DNA from: Lobosporangium transversale | Taxonomy: Eukaryota | DNA: 64,000 nt | Direction: 5' to 3' | NCBI RefSeq assembly: GCF_002105155.1 | Contig: NW_019029002.1 | Coordinates: 248,001-312,000, forward strand | Shown here: positions 49,196 to 60,866 of the stretch, in pieces | How the letters are laid out: each line of letters opens with the position of its first letter | Position numbering within the stretch: position 1 is the first letter of the stretch | Program-made: the position numbers and the translations under genes | The notes under the pieces: model-generated | The model's input: the letters and a program-made list of their open reading frames with translations, nothing else | What the model was told of the DNA's origin: nothing | Database searches by the model: none

Positions 49196-50202
49196 ATGGC
49201 CGAGTCACAGAATAAGAAGGATCTAGCCCATGCTCGGTCCAAAGTCAGCTTTAAAATTGCCGATATGACTAACTATCTCTACGGTGGTGCTGCCAATGTG
49301 GAGCACCGTAGGCATCTCATCAGCCTGATTGCTAATGATCCTGTCTTCAATAAGGACGATTGGTAGGCAACTGATCATTTTTCTTGTCAAAAAAAAAAAA
49401 AAAAAAAAAAAAATTCTTTGTTTGTTATTTTGTGATACATGGAATGTTTCCCTGACGCGCGTTTTTTTCTCCTTCTGTAGGGGTTGGTTAAACCACACAG
49501 ACGCTGTTAAGCGTGGCATTGCCATGTCGACACGTTTGGCAGAGCTCATGATGGAGCACGAGTTGAATGACCTTGACTTTGCCACCATCGTTGAGGCTAT
49601 TGATGACCCTCTCCCTGTAAGCCCATGTTTCTTTGTTCTCTTCATTCGTACTTTCGTCAGCTGCTTTTTGGTCACAGTCAGGTCCTAAAATTTTCTGTAA
49701 TAATCAATATAGATCGTGCTTCATAACGGGGCCTTTATTCCAGTGATCAACTCTCAAGGAACCGATGAGCAAATCGAGAAATGGATTCCTCCTGCAGAAA
49801 AGTTCCAAATCATTGGCTGTTATGCTCAAACAGAGTTGGGCCATGGATCTAATCTCTCTAAGCTCGAGACCACGGCTACGTTCATCAAGGAGACCGACGA
49901 GTGGGAGATCAACAGTACAACTTTCACAGCCGCAAAGTGGTGGATCGGTGGGCTAGGCGCACTGTGCACACATGCTGTTGTCCAAGCAAGGCTCTTTATT
50001 GATGGCAAGGATTATGGTGCTCATGTGTTTGTTGTCCCCTTGAGATCGCTGGAGGACCACAAACCCTTCCCTGGTATCCAGATTGGAGACATCGGACCTA
50101 AGGCTTACAACGGATTCAATAAGATGGACAACGGATGTAAGTTCAGCCTTGCCCTTGCTTCCTCATAGTCCACTATAATTGTATCCAAACCTTTATTCAT
50201 TC

Positions 50203-50233
<31 letters not shown>

Positions 50234-51693
50234 GTAACCTCAAATCGATAGTCGCCCGCTTTACAAAGTATCGCATTCCTCGCGAGAACATGTTGATGCG
50301 ATTCTCCAAAGTGTCCCGTGATGGTGTTTATACTAAGCCTCCCCATGCGAAGGTCAGAGCCACGACGATATAGTTTGCATTATATGTTTTATTTAATATA
50401 TGCTTTCCATACTCTTAACGTCGTTTTCCCATCTTGGTTTGATCACCTATATAGCTATCCTATGGATCCATGGTCCTGCTGCGCTCGGTCTTGATCAAGC
50501 AGATGGCCCTTTATCTCTCCCGCGCCACTACTGTCGCCACTCGCTACTTGACGGTCCGTCGCCAGTTCAATAATCCAACCTCACGTAGTGCTGATGACCC
50601 TCATCCTGAGCTCGAAACCCAAGTCATCAACTATCCCATGGTTCAGAATCGGCTCTTCCCAATGATTGCTCAAGCATACGCCTTGTTTGCTGCCGGTTCC
50701 TGCATGATGGATATGTACATCAACCTGATGACAGGCCTTTCCTCTGGCAAAATCGATGCTTTAGCTGAGGTTCATGCCATGTCTTCTGCTCTCAAGTCAT
50801 ACTGTACTACTATCGGTGCCGCAGGCACAGAGGAGTCTCGCAAGCTCATGGGAGGACACGGCTTCTCCTATTTTACTGGTCTCGCTCATTTGTTTGCGTC
50901 GATCGTGCCTTCAAATACGTACGAGGGTGACAATTATGTGCTCACTCAACAGATGGCTCGATACTTGCTCAAGGAAATCAAGACTGCGCGTGCTACCCCA
51001 GATAAGGTCACACCCTTCTCTCGTTACCTGCTCTTGGGATTGAACAAGAATGCGCTCGAGCGTACTACTTGCGCAGTCGCTCAGCCCGAGGATTGGCTCA
51101 AGCCCGAAATCCAGCTCGCAGCATTTGAACATCGTTGCGCACGTCTAGCTTTTGAGTTGAGCGATGCAGTTGACCAGGCAGGAGAAGATCTAGCCAATGT
51201 CAAGACCTGGTCTGATCACAACATTGAGTGCTACCGTATCTCCCATGCACATGCACAGTACACTATGGTCCTCTGGTTCATTCAGGCAATCAGGGATGCT
51301 CAGGACCCCGAGACCGATCCTGAGCACCGTGCCGAACCTGCGTCAATCAAGGTATTGGAGCGGTTGTCAAACCTGCATGCCTTGCACACGATTCAGACCA
51401 ACCTTGCAGATTTTGCAGAAGATGGATATCTTTCACCAGCACAATGCCAGTCGTTGAGAGCACAGGTCAAGGCGCTGGTAGCATCGCTAGCTGACGATGC
51501 TGTGGGTCTCGTTGACGCTTTTGATCACCCAGATTATTTGTTGAACAGTGCGTTGGGCGCTAGCGACGGAGATGCATTCAAGAGATTGTGGGACAAGGCT
51601 CAGACAGAACCTTTGAACAAGAGAGGAGTTTGCGATGGATATGAAGAATATATCCGACCATTGCTTAAGAAGCATGGCGAATTCAAGTTGTAA
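49196..51693 (+). CDS. Peroxisomal acyl-CoA oxidase; join(49196..49362,49481..49616,49713..50136,50252..50352,50455..51693)
   Basis: IGCYAQTELGHGSN, KWWIGGLG, GDIGPK, RYLTVRRQF, LMGGHGFS and catalytic TYEGDN. Four GT-AG introns splice in frame. The C-terminus is -FKL. Confidence 0.95.
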
Positions 51694-52086
51694 AACAAAA
51701 GAAGAAAAGAATAAAAATTCAAAATAACTTAATAGAACTCGTAGACACTCAAAAGAAGATATAGATATTAAAAGAGGTTTCTAGCAAAAACAAATATTTA
51801 TCAGTGGGACATGTCATGAAGGCATAGCAATGTGTTCTCTCTTTTCGTTTACCAAGCGTCTTCTTTGTTGCAAATAAAAAGTGATATGTCAGCCTATGAT
51901 TGACCAACGAGTGATCAACGTTTGTCGCCGCAGTAGAGGGATGGTAAGCATATTCTCGATGCCATGGGGGTTTCCTTTTTCAGGGCCGGTAGACTCAAGT
52001 CTGAAAGCGATCGATTTCCGAACGTTTACTGTTAACGTTTGCTGTTTCTGACGATACTATACCTAAGAAAAGAAAACGCGTATATT

Positions 52087-52121
<35 letters not shown>

Positions 52122-52827
52122 CCTGTGATGAGATGATTCCGTTTTCCTCTTCATTCTTTATTTCACTATTATACTTGTGTTTTAATTAATGGAAATGAAA
52201 AGCGATAGTTGAAATGAACTGGTCCTCATCCCCTCTTAATGAAGATTTGTCTTTCTGTAGTTCAGGACGAGGGGATGGGATACTGGAAATAGCTAATAGA
52301 AGGAGGAGGAGGATGGGGTGAGTAGAAGCTTGTTTCAATTCTGTTCCTGAGATTGTTCCTTTTTTTTTTTCTTTCAAGAGGCAAGCAAGATATAGCACTA
52401 CAAATATCTTTCAGAAGTATATGAACCGATGCTTACATGGCTTTAGTCCCAGGGATACTGGCGTTGAACGCAGTTGCTCTCGACTGTCGATGGTAATACT
52501 ACAGAAGGATTGCACCATTATTCACTACATTTTGCTGAATCTGCAACGTACTTTCACTACAATAAACTTCATATTAATTACAATATGCCCAAAATGATCT
52601 ACTATTGTAGCTGGGACCGCTGCTGTTACGATGATAAGAGCATCAAAATAGAAGTGTGTTTAATCATCTTGACATTCCCAAAGCGAAGGCAGATTTTTGG
52701 AAACTGCATGAAAATGCAAGAAACTACAGGGTTATTTGTAATGTGTGCGTGCGTGCGTTTTTTTTTTTTACATTGTATTATTAGATTAAATTATAGTTTA
52801 GATACGAAGGAGCTAAAATGAAAACAA

Positions 52828-52863
<36 letters not shown>

Positions 52864-52871
52864 GAGGGGAT

Positions 52872-55800
52872 CTATTTATGAAGGGTGCCTGCCCTCTTTC
52901 GAGTCTTAAAGACTCCAAGAGGTGAGAAAGATGTTGATCCGACAGCAGAAGATGAGGAAGATACAGGCGGTGAGGATGCAGTCGACTGTTGGGTATCAGA
53001 ATTTTGTGAGTTGTCGCTGCTGTTCTTTGTGCCTATTGCTGCTGCCGCTGCCGTAGCCTTAGAAGAAGAGGGAGCAGAAGCCAGTGCCCCATGAACAGAT
53101 GCAGATTTCTTTGATGTTGTTGCTGCTGCGTCCATTGATTCTGCTGTAACGGCAATTAATTTTTGAACCGATTGTTTTCTCAGTTTGATCTGCAAAGCGG
53201 TCTCCAAAAGCTGTTTAGGTGCCAAAGTTTCCAATGGAATATGTAAGATATAGGCCAGTAACTCTGAGGAGCTCGGACATTTGCTCAACAGATGATCTCG
53301 ACTCAGCTGTAAGATCGCTAATCCAACCCGAAACAGGGCCTTGACACCATCAAAATAGAAAACATCCCAGACCCGAAGAACAGATGCCCAAGGAAGGCTC
53401 ATCGTATATAGGGTCATAAACCATTGAGTCATATACATCAACGGAATCACATCGTTCTTTTCCAAGTGTGAAGCCAGGGGTGGGTCTTGTTCCTTGAGCA
53501 GACGTTCAAACACCTGTGCATCGACTCGTAATTGCCGAAGTGAAGGAGTATAATAGTCTTGCATATAGCCTTCTATCGTCGCTACCAGCAACCAGAACGC
53601 ATCTTCGACCGGCATCTGCATCAACATCATACCGACCAATCGACCCATGCCCTGACAGTATCCTACGCTGGGTTTATAGTGAGCATAGGCTTTCAGGATC
53701 GAGTGCAAATCCTGCTGTCCTGTGCCCCCCATACCATCTCGGAAGTGAACATGATCTGGGTAGCAACGATGAATATCCCGTTCAATGACCTCATGTATTG
53801 GCAATGGCCCTCGTTTACAGAGTTCCTCAAAAAGCCCAGGCTGGCGGTAGGAGTCCGCTTTTGCCAAAAATAACCAAACACGGCCACGTACGGATGTTGG
53901 TAATCCCCTTCTGACCAGTTTTTTGTACTAAACAAGAATAAAATAGTTTATACGTTGAGTACAAGTCAAATCGTATAAGAGTTGGGAAACCTGATGAAAG
54001 TCGAAATCTTTTGTATTTTTTAGCGACCCCTTTTTTTTTTTTTTTTTTTTTTTTTTTACCTTGCTAGACTTCTTGACGGTATCGACTTGAAGCCTTGTCA
54101 CCGCATGAATCCATTTGAGCTCGTTCTCGCGGCTGAACTTTTGTTTTCGAATCACCTTCTTGCGCTCGATTTCTGATATGATGGAGACGCTGGATCCTGT
54201 CGACCCAGATTTGCCTATAGACGAACCTGTTCCTGACAAATCCTGGCCCTGATTCATTTCATCGTCCAGATCATAGATAAACCCATAGTCATTGATAAAC
54301 AGCCTATTGGGCTGATCCATCGACTTTCGTCCACGGAACGCCTCTGTGGCACCGATAGCACCAGCTTCATCCTCAGTATAATCATCCTCATCATCATCCT
54401 CATCGACTAGTGAAGACACATGGCGATTTACAATGCCACCTTCGATTCCGTGACCCAGCGGATGAGGCGCTCTTGTGTCTTCCAGCATAAATGTAGAATT
54501 TCTTCTTATTCCAAACCAATTTTTGGTGGTTCGTAGTTGTTTCGAAGATATTTGCGCTGCAGACACTTCGTGTTGTGGTGGTGGGCATGAGTGTGTGGTT
54601 TTAATGCTAGCCATGGTCACAGTTGTGGCTGCACTGGGCCTTCTTGACCTTGGTTTTCTCTTTGTATCTTGTGGTGGTGATGGTGGCATCGATTTATCGT
54701 TATCAATAGTGACGGGGTCGACGTCACTACCAATGGACTGTTGATACTCTTCTAGTTTTTGCTGGATACTTGAATCTGAATGGCGAGCTGGTCCTGAATT
54801 GGATCTCCTTCGCTGTTCTAATCTTGATGGCCGAAGTTTATCAAATATGGATGGCGACGCTCCTGCTGGTCCTGAAGAGTCTGCTCCTGATGAACCCAAA
54901 AGTGTAAAGGCCAGAGGTGGACGACTATCATCCCTTACAGATCGGCTGCGGGCACGTCCTCCGATACGACTTATTCCACTAATACCAGTCTTTGCTTTCA
55001 AGCCACGTTCCGGTGAATCGGGGGCCGGGATCGCAAAGCTGACTCCATGACCGGAAGTTGGTGATGAGGGCGCTGTTGCCGATGCAATTGTTGATGCCGG
55101 CGCTGGTGCGGCAGTCGACACGCTAATATGAGATGGCGGGCTTTCAATAGGTGTTGAAGGCATTTGAACAACACTTAGATCCAAGTCCTTCGACCCATGA
55201 TCCGCAAACAGGCCTGCTGTTGGCGACATCTTTTGAAGTACATGACTTGTCTTTGCGCGAATGTCTTCAAGGACTGATGAAAGATAATTGTCGTTTTCCT
55301 GTTGTTGCTTTCCTTTTGTTAATTCATCTTCTTGCTTCTGATCTTGTTGTGGGTGGTTAGCTTCAAGAGATTGATTTGGACTGAGACGTCCTATAGATTT
55401 GAGTGGGGATTGGATAGACCCCACATCGACACTGAGGGTACCGGAGACTAGAGTAGGTGAAGACGGTCGAGAAGGTTGCTGCCGTGGTACAGGCGTAGGA
55501 TGATGGTGTTGTTGCTCTCGATTGGCTTCATATGGTCGGCCTTCCAGGGAGTTAGTTGACATGGTTGCTGAAGAGCCGTGAGGGTCTGTTGATGTCGCTA
55601 CTTGTGAGTTCATGGATGATATTGAAGATTTAGTTGCCAAAGAGTGTATGCTTGGTGAATCGTGTGGAGAATGTATAGGTGAACTAGCTCCGTTTGGCAA
55701 TCGAGAGGACGACCGTGGTGGAATGACTGGTGTAGTGGCAGTCGTATTGACTGTAAGTAACTCTGGATGCGGTGCTGGTGGAGATGATATGACCTGTCGT

Positions 55801-56303
55801 CGTCTAGCAGCGATGGTTTGAGCCGACACAACCTTCAAGTTCTCTTCACTCATTAACTTCCTTGGACCATGCTCAGATCGATCTGTCTGACTAGGATCCG
55901 TAGCCATGGCTGCCACAATTAATGCATGTTTCGTGGGAGCAGATATAGCGGGCGATGGTGAAGATGACGATGGTGATACTTCATCCATGGTGGTACTCTT
56001 TTTTTTTCTCAGTCTAGACCGCACTGGCGGTACTTCAGTTGCCTGATTCTTCTTGTTTGATACTACTGGTGAAATGGTCCTTGAGTGGTTCCTTGATGAA
56101 ATAGGTGATGGGTTAGAGGAGTTGTTGGAAAGAGGGTTTGCTGCCGTAGTAGTGCTTTCAAAATCAACATCTACTTCGTAAAACCTGCCGTACACACCTT
56201 CACAGTACCCCTATTAGGAGATCCAAAAATATAACAACGATAAGAAAGCGTAAGTAAGCAATGGTCAGCATACATCACCACAAGAGCGGATGTCTATGAC
56301 CAT
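52872..56303 (-). CDS. TBC-domain Rab GTPase-activating protein; complement join(56274..56303,54060..56210,52872..53927)
   Basis: YKKLVRRGLPTSVRGRVW, R-finger IERDIHRCYPDH, Q-finger GYCQGM, QWFMTLY and LRVWD. Long disordered Ser/Pro-rich N-terminus. Both introns are phase 0 GT-AG. The first mini-exon is less certain. Confidence 0.9.
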
Positions 56304-58680
56304 GACGATCACCCTGTAATCAAACAACAATGACAGCATCAACAGCAGCAACTAATAAGTTAAGCAGGAGGTATATATGATCTCTGACTGTTTGTGTCAC
56401 TCCACATCTCCACACTGTTTGAATACACAATTAAGGGATGCAAAGTTGTAGTGCAATGTTGCACATCCTTTCATTGGAAAGAGAAAAGGACAGAGAAGAA
56501 GAAATGAAGGTTTGTGTGGGTTATTTGCAGCAGATCAGATATTTCAGAGCAAATGTTAATTGTTGAAGAGCGGAATAACAGTTCTATGAACTCGAATGGG
56601 CGTTTGAGAAAGAGCAACAGATATAAAGAGAGCGAGGTCAAAAATTGGATTAAAAAGTAGGAAGAAAGAGAGAGCATTGAGATTTGCCTAAATACATGTA
56701 CCATTCTACGGTCTACATGTACAATGTACAGTATTTTACATGTTAGAGCAATGGAAGCTGCTCATTTTGATGTATTGTAAAATATTAAAAAGCGCCAGTC
56801 GAAGAAACTTTACTCCATCCTCCGAATATAGTCCCAGGTACCGACCGACACAAGGAAAATGAGGAAATCATAAAGTATCTGCATGCTCCTGTATTCAGTA
56901 CGATGCATTCTCGGCATACAGCGCAGGGAGTATATGAATGAAGCATGTCCCTAGACTATTCTTACCACACAAAGTCCATCATTATTAAGGCGTTCTATAA
57001 GGACCACTCGTTCTCCTGTGAACACCATGATAAGAAACAAAGAAGAAGATAACGACCATAGTATAGAAGGGCAAGACAGATCAGTAAGGAAATAATAATA
57101 AAAACTTGTTGTGCCATTTGGGAATAGCCGGGAAAATGTTACATAAATGATCTGATTGAATGCTGTTCTTCCCGCTTTGCCGATTCTATGTAGCATACCT
57201 TCCATGAATATAAGATCATCAACGTTGCCTGAAGCGACATTTCTTATTGCAATCCCCTCTGCAACTCCTTGAACAAGTCCGGTTGTAGAACCATTCCCAT
57301 CTAATCCAGTCGACATGAATATTAAAAATAATATCGAGGGATAAATTAGAAAAAAATAAAAAAATTGAAAAAATAAAACAAAGTCAGAAATAACTTTTAG
57401 ATACCATCGGAGGGGATACTAGCAAGTAAACCCGCCTTGGGTCCAATATGGCCCTCAACTTCGAGTCCAATCATCTAGTGGATAAGATGACTTATTACTG
57501 CCAACATACAATGGCGGTGAAAAAAAAAAAAAAAAAAAAAAAAAGTGTAATGACAACGACGGTGTGAGAGTATACGTGTCAATGTGTTCTTGCGTCGTTT
57601 ATGATTGTAGAGAGCAATTAAGAGTAAAGGTAAGACAACAAGGACAAGAAGAATAAGAGGATTGATGTTCGGTACAGTCGCTAAGGACTTGGAGAGCAGG
57701 AGAAGGGAAAGAGAAAAGCAAGTTGTGGACTGTGCGTGAGAGTGAGAGTCAGGATGTGAGATTTGTTTAATATGAGATCCTGAAAAAAAGCATCAAGTGT
57801 AAAAAGGTGGAATAAGAGCAAAAGAGATAATCAAAAGAGTCGACAAGAATGTAAATGGTATTGCATGAAATTGTCATGTCCGCAGGCCATTGATCACATC
57901 TTGAGATGTGTGATGCTTTCTTTGAATCAATGGGGTATGCAATTGAAGAGGGCTGGAAGCAACCTCTCTAATTGATGCGTAATAAATATATTCAATGTAT
58001 TTTTAAATCAGAATCGCGCGAGGGCTGTGTAATTGGTGTGCTAAAATAAATCTTTCATTGAATTAAGATTGAGCAGAGCCTAGGTAACAACAATGCGTCC
58101 AAGAATATCTAGCTATAGTGCTCCATGGCGACCCAATGTGTGCAGCAAATGAATGCCTTCCTGTATGAGCGCCCACTTCCTAGTTAGAGGGTTGGCTACA
58201 TAAGCCTTGATGTTCATTTCTTTCATCTGCATATCACAGGTATACATGCATTCTGATCTAGTCAACTAGAAATAGAAACAAGATTACAGAATATATTTTT
58301 ACTATGGGCCGCTGAAGAAATGATAGACGATATAAATCGCGGATCCAGGCTCGAGCAATGATGACGAGGTTATGGACATCAGCGCTACCATGGCCCTTCC
58401 ACCTTTGACGCCCATCATGGAAACAAACACGAGGCCGACTCGTCGGTTTGGCTCGTCCGGAGTCGTGGTTTTAAGAAGCGCAGCTTGGACATTTCGTCAA
58501 CGTCAAGTGCAGTCACGACTCCCTAATTTAGCAAGCAAGGAAAATATTTATTTGAAACATTTATTGCTGTCGGACACATGACGATCACTGCAACCATTAC
58601 CTTCCATCCTTCTTACTCCATGCATGACCAAAAGACATTCAAAATACAAGCAAGAACGTCGCCTGAAAATATAAGGGAGC

Positions 58681-59670
58681 TTGGTAGTATGTTCAACCCA
58701 AGCAGAAAATCGTCTGACTATCGCTGACAAAGCTGCCTTTGTCATGAGGGTTCAACAGGAAATGGCTCGAAGTCCATATACATCGCAGAGCTTGATAACA
58801 AAGTTATGTGGCATCAACCCTCAAACAGCCTGGTACATCCTCAAAAACGCAGACTTCTGCCTCCAAAGCTCCCAAAGACTCTCACCTTGAGTCCCTCAGC
58901 GCTTAACACGTATTCGAACGACAATAGTTTGTGGTTTGGACATCATATTAATCCACTGGTTTAACCAGCAAGTTAAACGGAGTACGCACAGAATGTTGAA
59001 TAGTTAGGTTTAAAACATAAAGGTAAGAGATCCCTAATCATTACAAAGCCTTTCAATAGAAATTAAAGTCACTAACGCCCGTCTGCAAGGGACAACAGCC
59101 GTAATATGGACCGTCATCAAGGATTACTACCGTCCAGGGCTCCACCCTACGCCTATAAACTTTTCTCGCGGTTGGTTATACATGTTTAAGTTACGGATAG
59201 GAGTCTAGAAGTTTGTTGCGCATGGGAAGAGTAGCTCTGTTGATCTCTTTATATGACAGCTGGATCCAAGAAATCCAAGTGAGCTTGCACGATTTGACCC
59301 CGAAGACGTGTATAACTGCGATGAAACCGGTCTCTTTCTCAAGGCTATCGCAAATAAGACCCTTGTTACCGGACCTGTCCAGGATGATAGGGACACTATG
59401 GGGCAAGATCGAGATTATGATGCAAGAAAGGATGATAATTCATTTAATTGTTTCCAAGAAACTCTCGAAAACTTTTTGGGGGCTGCTAAGTATCCGGATA
59501 GTATAACCTATAATCCTGAGCTCATAACCCACTTTAACAATGCGGTGGCCGGCATGGAGATGTTTGTTGAGTATAAGCGTTTGATTTCAGTTCAATTTAA
59601 GAGGTTGGAATGTATTTCTGAATTGGATAGAACACCTTGCTTCCTTATTTTTGATAAAATATCAAATTAG
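58681..59670 (+). mobile_element. Decayed pogo/Tigger-type (CENP-B HTH + DDE) transposase
   Basis: HTH LTIADKAAFV..SQSLITKLCGINPQTAWYILKN; NFSRGWLYMFKLR..*..HGKSSSVD; first catalytic Asp motif DVYNCDETGLF. Stops are present and the rest of the DDE domain is deleted. Confidence 0.85.
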
Positions 59671-59683
59671 GGAGTCATGACTG

Positions 59684-60214
59684 TTAGATACCACCATGGC
59701 CTGAGTCCTTTGTCATCCAGTGATGTCTTGATAGATGAACGGTTTGGGAACTGCATTTCATGTCTGGTGCCTTGATCCTCGACTTATCCGATATGAACTG
59801 CTTTATAATACTATATGCATACATAATTGCTCCCAGTCCATCGGTTTGTAGGCAATTAGAGGCCGCATATCGATAGAGAGTCAACGCGGTGGGGAATGAT
59901 GGAGGAGTGGGTTGATTGGATGGTGTGCTAGCTGAACCCTGGCGTTACTTCGAGTATTTGAATAGCTCATCAATGTAATGCTTCATTGGGCCATTGCCGA
60001 ACGTGTCTGGGGCTTTTGTGGTAAGCTGTGTTATTATCGCCAACCGTGTTCCATACGTTGTTTGATGGGTTCTGGGTCTGATGAATAAACGGTGCAATAG
60101 CGCTTCATAGTTGCTTTTGGTTATGGGATTAGTCTGGGCAATCTTGCGAGAAGGATCATAGGCAGGGACCTCTCTTGTACCCTTAATAAGTCGGAATAGC
60201 CCGCGAACCCCCAT
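59684..60214 (-). pseudogene. Internally deleted relic with an XPG/PIN-like N-terminus (MGVRGL) and a segment resembling the pre-RuvC region of fungal TnpB/Fanzor-like proteins
   Basis: ORFs 59945-60214 and 59684-59884 share one frame with a single TAA between them. Motifs MGVRGLFRLIK, LLHRLFI, and YAASNCLQTDGLGAIMYAYS. Confidence 0.4.
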
Positions 60215-60866
60215 CTAAATAGGAAAGATGAAGTGTATGGTAAATAGTCAGGAAAGCGCTTGGTAGATATGGCTGCCAGCGAATGCTCTTGGGCCTTTCG
60301 GTTGGTTGGCACTGAAAAGTTTTGTTAGAGTTAGAGGGGATTGGAAAGTATTTCTTTGGGCAATTATAGCAGTTCGCAGTAATCTTTTTTCATAATAAGA
60401 TAATGAAGCCTACAGAATAGGTTCTTTTTCCTTTTTCCTCTTTCATCTCTGCCTTCTTTAGCCCTCCGTGCATACCCACTTCTTTCTTCTTTCCCTTACT
60501 TCACGCTAAATGTAAATGTAAAGAAGGTACCGCCTGGGTGTGCTTTGCTGCCATGACCGTTGCTAGAAGATGAAGAAGCAGCGTTATCAGAAGATGGAGT
60601 GGCGGTAGTGTTTTTGTTTTGTATTATTTATTGGGAGAATTACGTAAATATTTATGAGTACGAACAAGCATTGCAAGCGGTTATTACAATCGTTTCAGTG
60701 TATTGCAGAAAGAAATGAAAGAAATATAAGTGAGCATGCTGTTTTTACATTTAATAGATATTTAAGTCTCATCTTTCAATTGTTCAATCGCTAACAATTA
60801 TTATACTTGTTATTCATTTCTAAGTTGAGTCGCATTGACGCTCAAGTTTTGCTGACGCTACATACT

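Noticed and set aside
56860..57480. Possible three-exon minus-strand gene, including a Cys-rich alternative frame
   Set aside because: The third exon contains stops, no motif was recognised, and the Cys-rich frame is probably chance.
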